Shown: piece by piece, positions 1 through 7,407 of the stretch | Position numbering within the stretch: the first letter of the stretch is position 1 | Layout: the number at the start of each line of letters is the position of its first letter | Assembly: GCA_040235515.1 (NCBI GenBank) | Contig: JBECKX010000088.1 | Location: 1-21,107 of the forward strand | Length of the DNA stretch: 21,107 nucleotides | Source of the DNA: Candidatus Zixiibacteriota bacterium | GTDB lineage: Bacteria > Zixibacteria > MSB-5A5 > CAIYYT01 | Reading direction: 5' to 3' | Program-made: the position numbers and the translations under genes | Notes under the pieces: model-generated | Databases searched by the model: none | The model's input: only the letters and a program-made list of their open reading frames with translations | Told to the model about the DNA's origin: nothing

Positions 1-1104
1 GACGATCCGGTCCTGATCTCATCACAGGGTGGGGCAAACTTCTACGTCGGTAATTCGGTTTACGCGGATGGTATTACCGTACAGATGCCGCGCGCTGATG
101 CGATCTTTGAAGGCGGATTGTTCGATGACAACATTCACTCGCAGTCGGTCAGCGTTGCCCAGAAAGCACTCGGACGCAATCTGAAGGATTCCGAAGTGTC
201 CTCCTACTGGTACTCACAAACATTCAGGGAAATGTTCGATGCACCGGGGCGAGCCATCGGGTTGATGCTGAAGAAGGCGTACTACTTCTTCCACGGTCAG
301 GAGATCTTCAATAACAAATCGCTCTATTTCGCGTGCGAGTATTCTACCCTGATGCGGATTAGCCTCTGGAAGCAGGGCCCCCTCAATTTCCCGAGCGGAC
401 TGCTCTTCCCTCTGATGTTTGCCGGTATCGTGCTTGCTGTCAGGAGCCGTAAGGAGACTCTGGTTCCGCTGAGCTTTGTAGCGATCTATTTTGCTGTCGT
501 GATTGCCTACTTCGTCTGCGCACGCTTCAGGCAACCGATCATACCTGTTGCCATCATCTTTGCCTCCTACGGAATTGTTGAAACGATGCGGCTCTTCCGC
601 GCACAAAAGAGTGGTCGCACCCTCCCGATCATTGTCTTTCTGATCTCACTCATTCTTCTGAATCTCGGAGGCGATATCGAGTCGGTGCGGAATAGGTCTC
701 AAGACTTGAATATCGTCGGTACTGCTTATGTACAGCGCGGTGAGAACGAAAAAGCCATCGAGTACCTGAGTCGCTCGCTCGAGTTGGCTCCCGGCAACGG
801 TTCCGCGATCGGATCACTGGCCCGTGCCTACGTACAATCCAACAATCCGGGTGAAGCGGTCAGAACGCTGAAGAAGGGTCTGGAGGTCTTTCCGAACGAG
901 CCATCGCTCTACTACAATCTTGGAGTGATCTACGTTAACCACAGCAAGTTCGAAGAGGCCAAGTACTGCTTCTACAAAACTATGGACCTCGACCCCACCT
1001 GGCCTGCGCCATTCTCTGCGATGAAATCGATTTATGAATATGAAGGGGTAGCCGATTCTGCGGCAATCATGCAGGCGGAGATTGAGAGATTGCCCCAACG
1101 GTGA
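1..1104 (+). CDS. GT-C-fold (ArnT/PMT, GT39-like) membrane glycosyltransferase with C-terminal TPR repeats, 5'-truncated by the window edge
   Basis: Frame 1 is open from base 1 (DDPVLISSQGGANFYVGNS, a loop motif typical of this family). It continues through several TM helices including YFVCARFRQP, then about 3 TPRs (GTAYVQRGENEKAIEYLSRSLELAP; YYNLGVIY...EAKYCFYKTMDLDP). Confidence 0.75.
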   Translation, partial: DDPVLISSQGGANFYVGNSVYADGITVQMPRADAIFEGGLFDDNIHSQSVSVAQKALGRNLKDSEVSSYWYSQTFREMFDAPGRAIGLMLKKAYYFFHGQEIFNNKSLYFACEYSTLMRISLWKQGPLNFPSGLLFPLMFAGIVLAVRSRKETLVPLSFVAIYFAVVIAYFVCARFRQPIIPVAIIFASYGIVETMRLFRAQKSGRTLPIIVFLISLILLNLGGDIESVRNRSQDLNIVGTAYVQRGENEKAIEYLSRSLELAPGNGSAIGSLARAYVQSNNPGEAVRTLKKGLEVFPNEPSLYYNLGVIYVNHSKFEEAKYCFYKTMDLDPTWPAPFSAMKSIYEYEGVADSAAIMQAEIERLPQR

Positions 1105-1173
1105 GACTCTCTCCCCGGTGATGCCCTTGTCGATGCAATCTTGTGCAGAATGTACAGCGCCGGCTCCAACCGC

Positions 1174-1227
1174 ATAAACAAAAGCCCCAATACCCTCCCG
1201 CATCTCGCAGAAGGGTGATTGGGGCTT
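1174..1227 (-). terminator. Intrinsic terminator after the DUF3078 gene, possibly bidirectional
   Basis: Inverted repeat AAGCCCCAAT-ACCCT...AGGGT-G-ATTGGGGCTT (1182-1227) between convergent genes, followed on the minus strand by TTTTGTTTAT. Confidence 0.7.
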
Positions 1228-1248
1228 CGTTGCCTCAAGCGGATCTCA

Positions 1249-2151
1249 TCAGATCAGCGAATAACTGATCCCTAAACCGAGAGTCTGTTTCAGTCTCCCC
1301 TTGCGACTTACCTGCTTGTCGTAGAGGAACTGAGTGTAAAGGCTGACCGATACCAGCTCGGTGATCGATGCGCTCACAGTGTTTTCCCAGTTCACATCGA
1401 CTGCCTTCCAGTCGTCTTCAAACGGAGTTCCGACAAAATCATCCTTCTGCGAGAAGAATAGCGCCTTGTAGAGGGTAAGCTTTCCGATATAGGTCAGCTT
1501 CTCATCCAGCTTCAGGTTCACGTCGGTTACCGATTCAAGACCGCCATCCGTTGCGGTATTGGTCTTGGTGTTGAAATCCTCGTCGATGAAGTCTCTGGTA
1601 ATCGTCTGTCGGAGAGCCGCACCGAAACGGGTAAGGATACTTGAGTTCTCATTCTTCAGCAGTTGCCGCGCCACACCCGCTGACTCCGTGAGTTTGAGCG
1701 GATTCAGATAGCGATTCTTGGCGCTGACCGATGCGTCCACGAATTGCGACTCGAGTCGAAACGCCACGTAGGGATCAACCGCACCGTCGAGTGTAAACAG
1801 AAGCAGGTTCTCCCAATCGATCAGATCGGTCGATTTGAACGGCTTCTCCCACTCCTTGGTGTCCTTGTCCTGCACCATCGACTGACCGTAAGAGAGCTTC
1901 AGGATCGACCGATACCTCATCTTGGGCGAAAGCGCCTTCTCGGCAGTGCCGTTCAGGTTTCCAACCCAGCTGAAAGAGCCGGCTTCGCCGCCTGTCCAGG
2001 AATCGGAATACGCTGCCTGTGTCGCCGTAAGACCCGCGATCAGGGAGAGGTTCCACCCGGTGCCGAGACTATCGGTGTCGCTGGCTGTGACCGGTGAAAC
2101 GGTGAGCATCAACAAGGTGATTACCGAAACTGCAATGGTAGTTAACTTCAT
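1249..2151 (-). CDS. DUF3078-family outer-membrane beta-barrel protein
   Basis: Signal peptide, TQAAYSDSWTGGE motif, K-STD, FRLESQF, VDVNWEN, QFLYDK and C-terminal strand LKQTLGLGISYSLI. SD GAGG precedes the start, which lies 11 nt after the mscS stop. Confidence 0.8.
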   Translation of the reverse strand: MKLTTIAVSVITLLMLTVSPVTASDTDSLGTGWNLSLIAGLTATQAAYSDSWTGGEAGSFSWVGNLNGTAEKALSPKMRYRSILKLSYGQSMVQDKDTKEWEKPFKSTDLIDWENLLLFTLDGAVDPYVAFRLESQFVDASVSAKNRYLNPLKLTESAGVARQLLKNENSSILTRFGAALRQTITRDFIDEDFNTKTNTATDGGLESVTDVNLKLDEKLTYIGKLTLYKALFFSQKDDFVGTPFEDDWKAVDVNWENTVSASITELVSVSLYTQFLYDKQVSRKGRLKQTLGLGISYSLI

Positions 2152-2162
2152 ATTGGTTCCTC

Positions 2163-2993
2163 TTACTTGGTAGTTAGTGCCTGATAAATATGCATGTCGC
2201 GTTGCGGGAAGGGGATCGTGACGCCTTGCTCATCAAACTTGTTCTTCACCTTCTCCGTGATATCGAAGTAGACGCCCCAGTAATCCTCGATATTGACGTA
2301 GGGCCTGACTGCAAAGTTTACCGAGTTGTCGCCCAGTTCCATCACGGCGACGGTTGGTGCAGGGTCAGACTTCACGCGCGTATCCTGCTTGAGAATACCT
2401 TCCAATATCCCTTTAGCTTTGCCGATGTTATCGTGATACGCGATCGAGAATACCAGATCAACCCTCAGATAACCCTCCGACGAGTAGTTGACAATACTGT
2501 CGCCGGTTACCTTGCTGTTCGGGACGATGATTCGCTTGTTGTCGGGGGAAATGATTATGGTGTTGAAGATTGCCACTTCTCGGACGACACCGAGGTGCCC
2601 GCCGACTTCCACCAGGTCACCGGTCTTGAGTGGCCGGAACAGGATCAGCATGACTCCCGAAGCGAAGTTTGCCAGAGATCCTTGCAGCGCAAATCCAACA
2701 GCCAGGCCCGCAGCGCCGATTACGGCGATGAAGGAGGTGGTCTGAACCCCGAGGGTATTCAAAGCTGCAATGAAAATGAAGGTTAACAACGCGATGCGGG
2801 TCAGCGCCAGCAGGAAGCGTGTTAAGGTCTCGTCGGTCTTGGAGCGTTCGAGCAGACGGGCAACCATCCGCGTCACCAAACCGACCACGATCCGACCGAG
2901 CACGATGATTAAGATCGCGCCAATGATCTTCATTCCGTAGAGCGCGGCAAATTCCGATACAGTCGACCAGATCCTTTCGATTGTTGATTCCAT
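2163..2993 (-). CDS. mscS: Small-conductance mechanosensitive channel MscS
   Basis: TM3 signature AVIGAAGLAVGFALQGSLANFASG, RPLKTGD, IIVPNSKV and C-terminal IPFPQRDMH. SD AAGGAG. Confidence 0.96.
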   Translation of the reverse strand: MESTIERIWSTVSEFAALYGMKIIGAILIIVLGRIVVGLVTRMVARLLERSKTDETLTRFLLALTRIALLTFIFIAALNTLGVQTTSFIAVIGAAGLAVGFALQGSLANFASGVMLILFRPLKTGDLVEVGGHLGVVREVAIFNTIIISPDNKRIIVPNSKVTGDSIVNYSSEGYLRVDLVFSIAYHDNIGKAKGILEGILKQDTRVKSDPAPTVAVMELGDNSVNFAVRPYVNIEDYWGVYFDITEKVKNKFDEQGVTIPFPQRDMHIYQALTTK

Positions 2994-3125
2994 TTTTGTG
3001 ATTCTCCTTTCGCGACTCTGCTGCCGGTGACAGGCCCTCCGCTGCGGCGGTGGGCTGAGCTGTCATCGCACTTCAGTCCGGACCTGGTCGCGAGATTTTA
3101 CATGATTTCCAACGATTGCTGCAGG

Positions 3126-3179
3126 GCAAGCCGCGACGCACGCTCGGTGCGCCCGATATCATGCGTCGCGCCAGCTTGC
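3126..3179. terminator. Long GC-rich hairpin between DUF4332 and mscS (terminator or mRNA-stabilising element)
   Basis: GCAAGC-CGCGACGCA...TGCGTCGCG-cca-GCTTGC inverted repeat with no clear U-tract. Confidence 0.4.
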
Positions 3180-3209
3180 ATAATGAGTGGTGATTCTCCG
3201 GTGCGGCGA

Positions 3210-3614
3210 CTAGTAGGAGATAATTCTCGGGAGTTCCTTTGCCTGGGCAATCCACTCCTTCACCTTACCGGCCGGCGGAGTAGCGCGCACGAGGTTCTTC
3301 TCGGCATTCTTCTCCTCCATCGCAGCCACGAGATTCTCCACATTCCGCTTGGCCAACTCAGGCACGGTGTCCACGCCGGTAGCTTCAAGCAATTCGGCGT
3401 ATTCCGAACCCACACCCTTGATGCGGAACAAGTCGCACATGTTGACCCAGCTCAGGATTTGCTTCTCGGAAATCCCTGACTTCTCAGCGAGTTCCTTACG
3501 CCCGGCCGGCATCGCACCCGCCTCGAGCAACTTCTCAGTAGTGCCGATTCCCGCGGTAGCAAGCTTCTCGGCATACGCCGGTCCAACGCCTTCGATCTCA
3601 GTAAGTTTTGCCAT
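3210..3614 (-). CDS. DUF4332 domain protein with helix-hairpin-helix motifs
   Basis: IEGVGPAYAEKL, WVNMCDLFRIKGVGSEYAELLEATGVDTVPELAKRN and WIAQAKELPRIISY. SD GGAGG. Confidence 0.92.
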   Translation of the reverse strand: MAKLTEIEGVGPAYAEKLATAGIGTTEKLLEAGAMPAGRKELAEKSGISEKQILSWVNMCDLFRIKGVGSEYAELLEATGVDTVPELAKRNVENLVAAMEEKNAEKNLVRATPPAGKVKEWIAQAKELPRIISY

Positions 3615-3694
3615 TTTAGATCCTCCAAATTTTCGTTCGGTTATCTGTTAAGGTGGCTATGGTCTAGTTAGCTGACCATTTTTCGCTTTCAATC

Positions 3695-3724
3695 TTGAGA
3701 CCGAGCAGCTTCCGAAAAGTCACA
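3695..3724 (-). promoter_or_regulatory. Putative ECF-sigma promoter, copy 1: TGTGACTTTTC-N12-GTCTCAA
   Basis: Lies about 80 nt upstream of the DUF4332 start and just after a terminator. Has the same 11-bp upstream box and spacing as copy 2. Confidence 0.7.
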
Positions 3725-3749
3725 TGTTTTTTCCAACTTCTTGTGGCAC

Positions 3750-3780
3750 AATAAGAAAGGCCCGCCTTGCAGCGGGCCTT
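3750..3780 (-). terminator. Intrinsic terminator after the cmpX-like gene
   Basis: Minus strand reads AAGGCCCGC-TGCAAG-GCGGGCCTT-TCTTATT. Confidence 0.8.
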
Positions 3781-3831
3781 GTGAGTTTCAACACCGATGC
3801 GGCAGTCTCGAGCCGCAACATCCTCGATTTG

Positions 3832-4665
3832 CTATCTGTTCTCCTGCCTGATGATGCGCACGGTGCCCTCGATGAACGCACTATTCGGCATACTCACGAT
3901 TTCATCCTTTGTGCGGATCACCGAATTGATGGTGCCCACTTGCAGCAGTTCACCCTCCGAATCGCCGACCTTGACTCGCTGACCGGCTTCGAAGATCTTC
4001 CGCGCATAAACACCGTAAATGATCCCTCGCGCAACGTCTCTTGTCCCGAATCCGACGGTTATGGCGACCGCCAGTGCAATCGCCGCCAGCAAAGCAATGA
4101 AAACGTAATCAAGCACCGCCGAATGAATCTCGAGCTGGGAGATAGCGACGACAAATATCGCGATGAGGATAAAATTGGAGGTGAGTTTTCCCAGCAGGTC
4201 CGCGAAATCGATTCCGGATGAAGCCGCTGCTCCGGTAACGAGCTTCCCCGCGACCTTGGAAAGCAACGAACCAAAGACAATGACCAGGACGATGACAACC
4301 AGATTGGGGATGTAGGCCACAACCTTCTGCAGGGTCTGAGCCAGTGCATCGAGCTGCAACGCTTCTGCCGCCGACAGCAGGAACATTGTCATGATGGTCC
4401 AGTACACCAGCCGTCCGAGGACGTAGCAGACATCCTGCTTGAAATTCGATCGCGTGAGAAAGTCGGAAATCCCCGCTCGATCCGCGACTGTATTAAACCC
4501 GACCTTTCTCAGCAGCTTCGTTATCGCCATACTGATCAGCTTGGCGATGATCCAACCGACAACAAGAATGCTGATCGCGCCGGCTAATTCAGGCAGCACT
4601 CCCAGAATATCCTGCACCACATTGTTCAAGGCCGGTGAGACGACGTTACTCCAGAACTCAGACAT
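3832..4665 (-). CDS. cmpX: CmpX-like mechanosensitive channel family protein (TM_helix repeats plus MscS beta domain, no C-terminal alpha/beta cage)
   Basis: Two TM_helix repeats (LPELAGAISILVVGWIIAK; IPNLVVIVLVIVFG), LGRLVYW, VAISQLEI, VGFGTRDVA, GQRVKVGDSEG..QVGT and VSMPN. Collinear with Pseudomonas CmpX as I recall it, and of similar length. Confidence 0.8.
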   Translation of the reverse strand: MSEFWSNVVSPALNNVVQDILGVLPELAGAISILVVGWIIAKLISMAITKLLRKVGFNTVADRAGISDFLTRSNFKQDVCYVLGRLVYWTIMTMFLLSAAEALQLDALAQTLQKVVAYIPNLVVIVLVIVFGSLLSKVAGKLVTGAAASSGIDFADLLGKLTSNFILIAIFVVAISQLEIHSAVLDYVFIALLAAIALAVAITVGFGTRDVARGIIYGVYARKIFEAGQRVKVGDSEGELLQVGTINSVIRTKDEIVSMPNSAFIEGTVRIIRQENR

Positions 4666-4670
4666 CTTAC

Positions 4671-4895
4671 TTACTCCTTGTCGTTAGGTTGGCTACCAGT
4701 CATTCCTTCGACCTTCAAGATGCCCTTGATCAAGTTCCAGAAACCGGCAAAGAACAGTGAAAGGTAGTCGAGTAATACCGCCTTCGTACCCGCACGCGCA
4801 ATGGTGTCGTCGATGAAATCCTCCCCCAGGCGGGATCCATCTTTCGGGTCAGGAAAGGCACCCCTTCCATCTCTCTGCTTCGGGTCAATAGGCAT
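4671..4895 (-). CDS. Small 74-aa protein, CfrX(CrfX)-like putative anti-sigma factor
   Basis: Fills the gap between the sigma gene (3 nt away) and cmpX (5 nt away). Contains the amphipathic/hydrophobic helix DYLSLFFAGFWNLIKGIL. Confidence 0.6.
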   Translation of the reverse strand: MPIDPKQRDGRGAFPDPKDGSRLGEDFIDDTIARAGTKAVLLDYLSLFFAGFWNLIKGILKVEGMTGSQPNDKE

Positions 4896-4898
4896 ATT

Positions 4899-5513
4899 TT
4901 ATCCCAGACATTGCCGCTCGAAGAGCTTTCGAAAGCTTTCGCGCGCGCGCTTGAGCCTCATCTTCATCGCACTCAAACCGATCGAAAGCTTGGTCGCAAT
5001 GCTGTCATAATCGAGTTCATCCAGAAATCTGAGTTCGAGAATGTGACGATCCTCTTTGCCGACATCATTCAACGTCCGCTCGATGCACTCCGCCACATCT
5101 TTCTTCTCGACACCCTTCCCCATGATCAGGAATATCTCCGACTCCTCTTGTTCGACGTAGACATTCTCGATATCCTCGGTCATCCACCAGTGTGGACTGC
5201 GCTTGCGCTTATCAATGATGTTGAGACACGTGTTCACTGTTACGATATATAACCAGGTTGAAAAAGACGACCTCAGTTCAAACTTAGGCAGGTTTGCGTA
5301 GACTTTCAGGAAAATCTCCTGCGTTGCATCCTTCGCATCATCGAGGCTTCCCAGCATCGATTCTGCCTTACTGAGGACCTTATTGTGATAACGCTTCATC
5401 AATTGGCGAAACGATCTCGCCTGATGGGGCAGTTCGAATTTGCAGTTCTCTACCAACTCGGCGTCACTCTGCTCGCCCTCGTTGATGTTGAACTTCACGT
5501 CATTCGGGTGCAT
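4899..5513 (-). CDS. sigX: ECF RNA polymerase sigma factor, SigX-like (Pseudomonas type, ECF102-like)
   Basis: Region 2 reads SDAELV...ELPH..SFRQLMKRY...DAKDATQEIFLKV...FSTWLY. Region 4 reads DRHILELRFLDELDYDSIATKLSIGLSAMKMRLKRA, matching the recalled SigX GLSATKMRYKRA. Adjacent to a cmpX-like gene. Confidence 0.88.
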   Translation of the reverse strand: MHPNDVKFNINEGEQSDAELVENCKFELPHQARSFRQLMKRYHNKVLSKAESMLGSLDDAKDATQEIFLKVYANLPKFELRSSFSTWLYIVTVNTCLNIIDKRKRSPHWWMTEDIENVYVEQEESEIFLIMGKGVEKKDVAECIERTLNDVGKEDRHILELRFLDELDYDSIATKLSIGLSAMKMRLKRARESFRKLFERQCLG

Positions 5514-5646
5514 TCGGAGATTCCATTACAGTAATACTCTGCCATTAAGTAGAAGACCTTTGCAAACGCATTTACTTTTGAGTTTCTAATGCGTTGTTAC
5601 GGAGCTAACTCCGGCCTTAATGGCAATATAATACTGGCAAGAATCT

Positions 5647-5685
5647 GAGCAAGCGGGTCGTAGACTCTCGCCTACGACCCTGCTC
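5647..5685. terminator. Hairpin downstream of the lipoprotein gene (weak terminator, no U-tract)
   Basis: GAGCA-agc-GGGTCGTAG...CTACGACCC-TGCTC inverted repeat. Confidence 0.45.
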
Positions 5686-5726
5686 GAATGACTGAACTCC
5701 GCTCAACCAACTACCCGGTAGACCTG

Positions 5727-6164
5727 TTAAAGCAGGTTCTTGATCTGATCAACTGATTCCGACAATCCGCTGAGAGCCTTCTCAAGCTGTTCTTTCGCCT
5801 GGCCCGCCTGCTGAGGATCTGTCTCTCTTAGCGCGTTCAACTTCTCGGTCGCGTTCACGTGGGCAGTCTTCAGCTTCTCCAGCGGCTCCTTCAACGCGGC
5901 TGCTACCGGAGCAGGCGCCGATGAAAGCTTGGCTTCCGCCTTGGCGATGATACCATCTGCATCGGAGAGCTGCTCCTTGCCCGACTGGATGAACTTGCCG
6001 AGTTCGGCCTTAAGCTCGCCGGCAGCCTGGTCTACGGCGTTCGACGCCGTCTCGCTGTTGAGCTGGGTACCGGAAGTCTCAGGAACCGAATTGGAATCCC
6101 CGGCGCACCCGATGAAAAGTAACAGGGAAAGTACTATTGACGCTGAAATGATGGTTAGTTTCAT
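5727..6164 (-). CDS. Putative lipoprotein, alanine/lysine/glutamate-rich helical bundle
   Basis: Signal MKLTIISASIVLSLLLFIG-C with a lipobox cysteine at position 20. SD AAGGAG. Amphipathic helices follow. Confidence 0.8.
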   Translation of the reverse strand: MKLTIISASIVLSLLLFIGCAGDSNSVPETSGTQLNSETASNAVDQAAGELKAELGKFIQSGKEQLSDADGIIAKAEAKLSSAPAPVAAALKEPLEKLKTAHVNATEKLNALRETDPQQAGQAKEQLEKALSGLSESVDQIKNLL

Positions 6165-6211
6165 GATTGCTCCTTGTATTAGTTTCTAAGCTATGATTTC
6201 GTTTTCTGATA

Positions 6212-6589
6212 TTAGCTCAGCGCTTTGGCTACGACAGCTCCCAGACCATCTCCGCCCTTCGCTTTGAGGAACGAGATGATGATCGGCAGGAACTTGCCCA
6301 GCATCTCCGGATCAAGACCGAGCTTTGAGAATCCACCCGCCAGCGACGCGAGTCCGCCGGCATCTCCACCGCCGAAAGATGAGAAGATTTTGCTGATTCC
6401 ACCGACCAGCCCCGAACCATTCGGCGCCGCGGCTTCCAGGCTGCCGACATCCGGCACTGCGGACTTCACCTGGTCAAACTCGCTGCCGCTGAGCTGTGAC
6501 TTCAATAGCCCCATGATGAGCCCGGTTCCACCCTTCGCCTGAGTCTCCGTCACGCCAAGCTGACTTACGATTGATTGAATCAATTCCAT
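6212..6589 (-). CDS. DUF2780 (VcgC/VcgE-like) family protein
   Basis: LGVTETQAKGGTGLI, LSGSEFDQVKSAVP, FSKLGLDPEMLGKFLPII. SD GGAGGT. Confidence 0.88.
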   Translation of the reverse strand: MELIQSIVSQLGVTETQAKGGTGLIMGLLKSQLSGSEFDQVKSAVPDVGSLEAAAPNGSGLVGGISKIFSSFGGGDAGGLASLAGGFSKLGLDPEMLGKFLPIIISFLKAKGGDGLGAVVAKALS

Positions 6590-6678
6590 TGTTTACCTCC
6601 AATTTCCTGTTCTAGGTCGACTTACAGCCCCATGCATCATCCGCTTTCATCGTGAGCTGAGGCTTCTGCTATTTGCCT

Positions 6679-6708
6679 TTGTGACAGGGAGTGAACAGAA
6701 AAGTCACA
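6679..6708 (-). promoter_or_regulatory. Putative ECF-sigma promoter, copy 2: TGTGACTTTTC-N12-GTCACAA
   Basis: Lies about 90 nt upstream of the DUF2780 start. Same boxes and spacing as copy 1 (17 of 18 box positions identical) with an unrelated spacer. Confidence 0.7.
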
Positions 6709-6897
6709 ATCTTTCGTAAATAGCCGGCAAAGGTGTGCAATTCGCAGCCGGAGAAAATCGTCGCAACTCGCAGACGCATAGGAGCTTGCGCCACTTCCCG
6801 GTGCGGGACAAATCGTCAACTTACAGCAGGCTCAACAGCCCGAACCAGTCAGTGGCGGCCGAATTTGATTTAAGATTTACTGGAAAACAATGAAGAA

Positions 6898-6961
6898 TAG
6901 CTGGGGGAAAGGGAATTGAACCTGATATCCGCCGCGGCGGAGGATGAGCCCGAAACCTACC
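6898..6961 (-). pseudogene. Degenerate partial copy of tRNA-fMet containing a 14-bp palindrome
   Basis: Minus strand GGTAGgttTCGGGCTCAT-cctccgccgcggcggatatc-AGGTTCAAtTCCctttCCCCCaGCTA aligns with the tRNA GGTAGctcgTCGGGCTCAT...AGGTTCAAATCCTCCCCCCGCTA. Confidence 0.7.
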
Positions 6962-6963
6962 CG

Positions 6964-7053
6964 CTACGATAGCCTTCGCTTGAGATTACTTGTATGCCCT
7001 GTATAGCGACTACCTCCTTTTGACTCGATAACATAAACTGTGAACATGTCCAT
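6964..7053 (-). pseudogene. Truncated GIY-YIG nuclease (N-terminal about 29 aa)
   Basis: MDMFTVYVIESKGGSRYTGHTSNLKRRLS* has the VY...YTG-T--L-RRL motifs of small GIY-YIG proteins and stops before the conserved His/Glu-bearing part. Confidence 0.75.
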
Positions 7054-7073
7054 CCCTTTGGAAGCCGGTAATT

Positions 7074-7150
<77 letters not shown>

Positions 7151-7160
7151 ATCAGCACTC

Positions 7161-7190
7161 TCTATAACATATTGCCTTGTCAGTTGTCAA
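7161..7190 (-). promoter_or_regulatory. Putative sigma-70 promoter for tRNA-fMet
   Basis: Perfect TTGACA, 18-nt spacer, imperfect TATAGA with a TGn extension, 10 nt upstream of the tRNA. Confidence 0.45.
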
Positions 7191-7407
7191 GCCCTTTCAA
7201 TCATTATCAGTGAATGCGATGTTCTCCTACAAAATGGAGGGGCTTAGTCCGAGACGGCGACTCAAAAACTCATCCTCAGTGCATTGTAACCACAGCCCGC
7301 CGAGCTACTCCGCCCTGCCCTGATAGCTTCCGCTGCAAAATCGACTTGCTTTGCAGCAAATAATCTGCGATTCATCAGCCAGCACTTCGGAAGGAGAGAT
7401 TTCGTCA

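Noticed and set aside
2190..4221. Longer plus-strand ORFs (2190-2786, 3027-3479, 3724-4221)
   Set aside because: They are antisense shadows of well-supported genes (mscS, DUF4332, cmpX-like) and show no recognisable motifs.
5540..5625. c-di-GMP-I riboswitch in the sigma leader
   Set aside because: GCAAA is present, but I cannot fit the GNRA-capped stem and receptor arrangement on the coding strand. Kept only as an unassigned structure.
1249..6897. Sigma/MscS cluster as a genomic island integrated at tRNA-fMet
   Set aside because: The only tRNA duplication lies about 110 bp from the tRNA. I found no distal att copy, no integrase and no obvious compositional shift.
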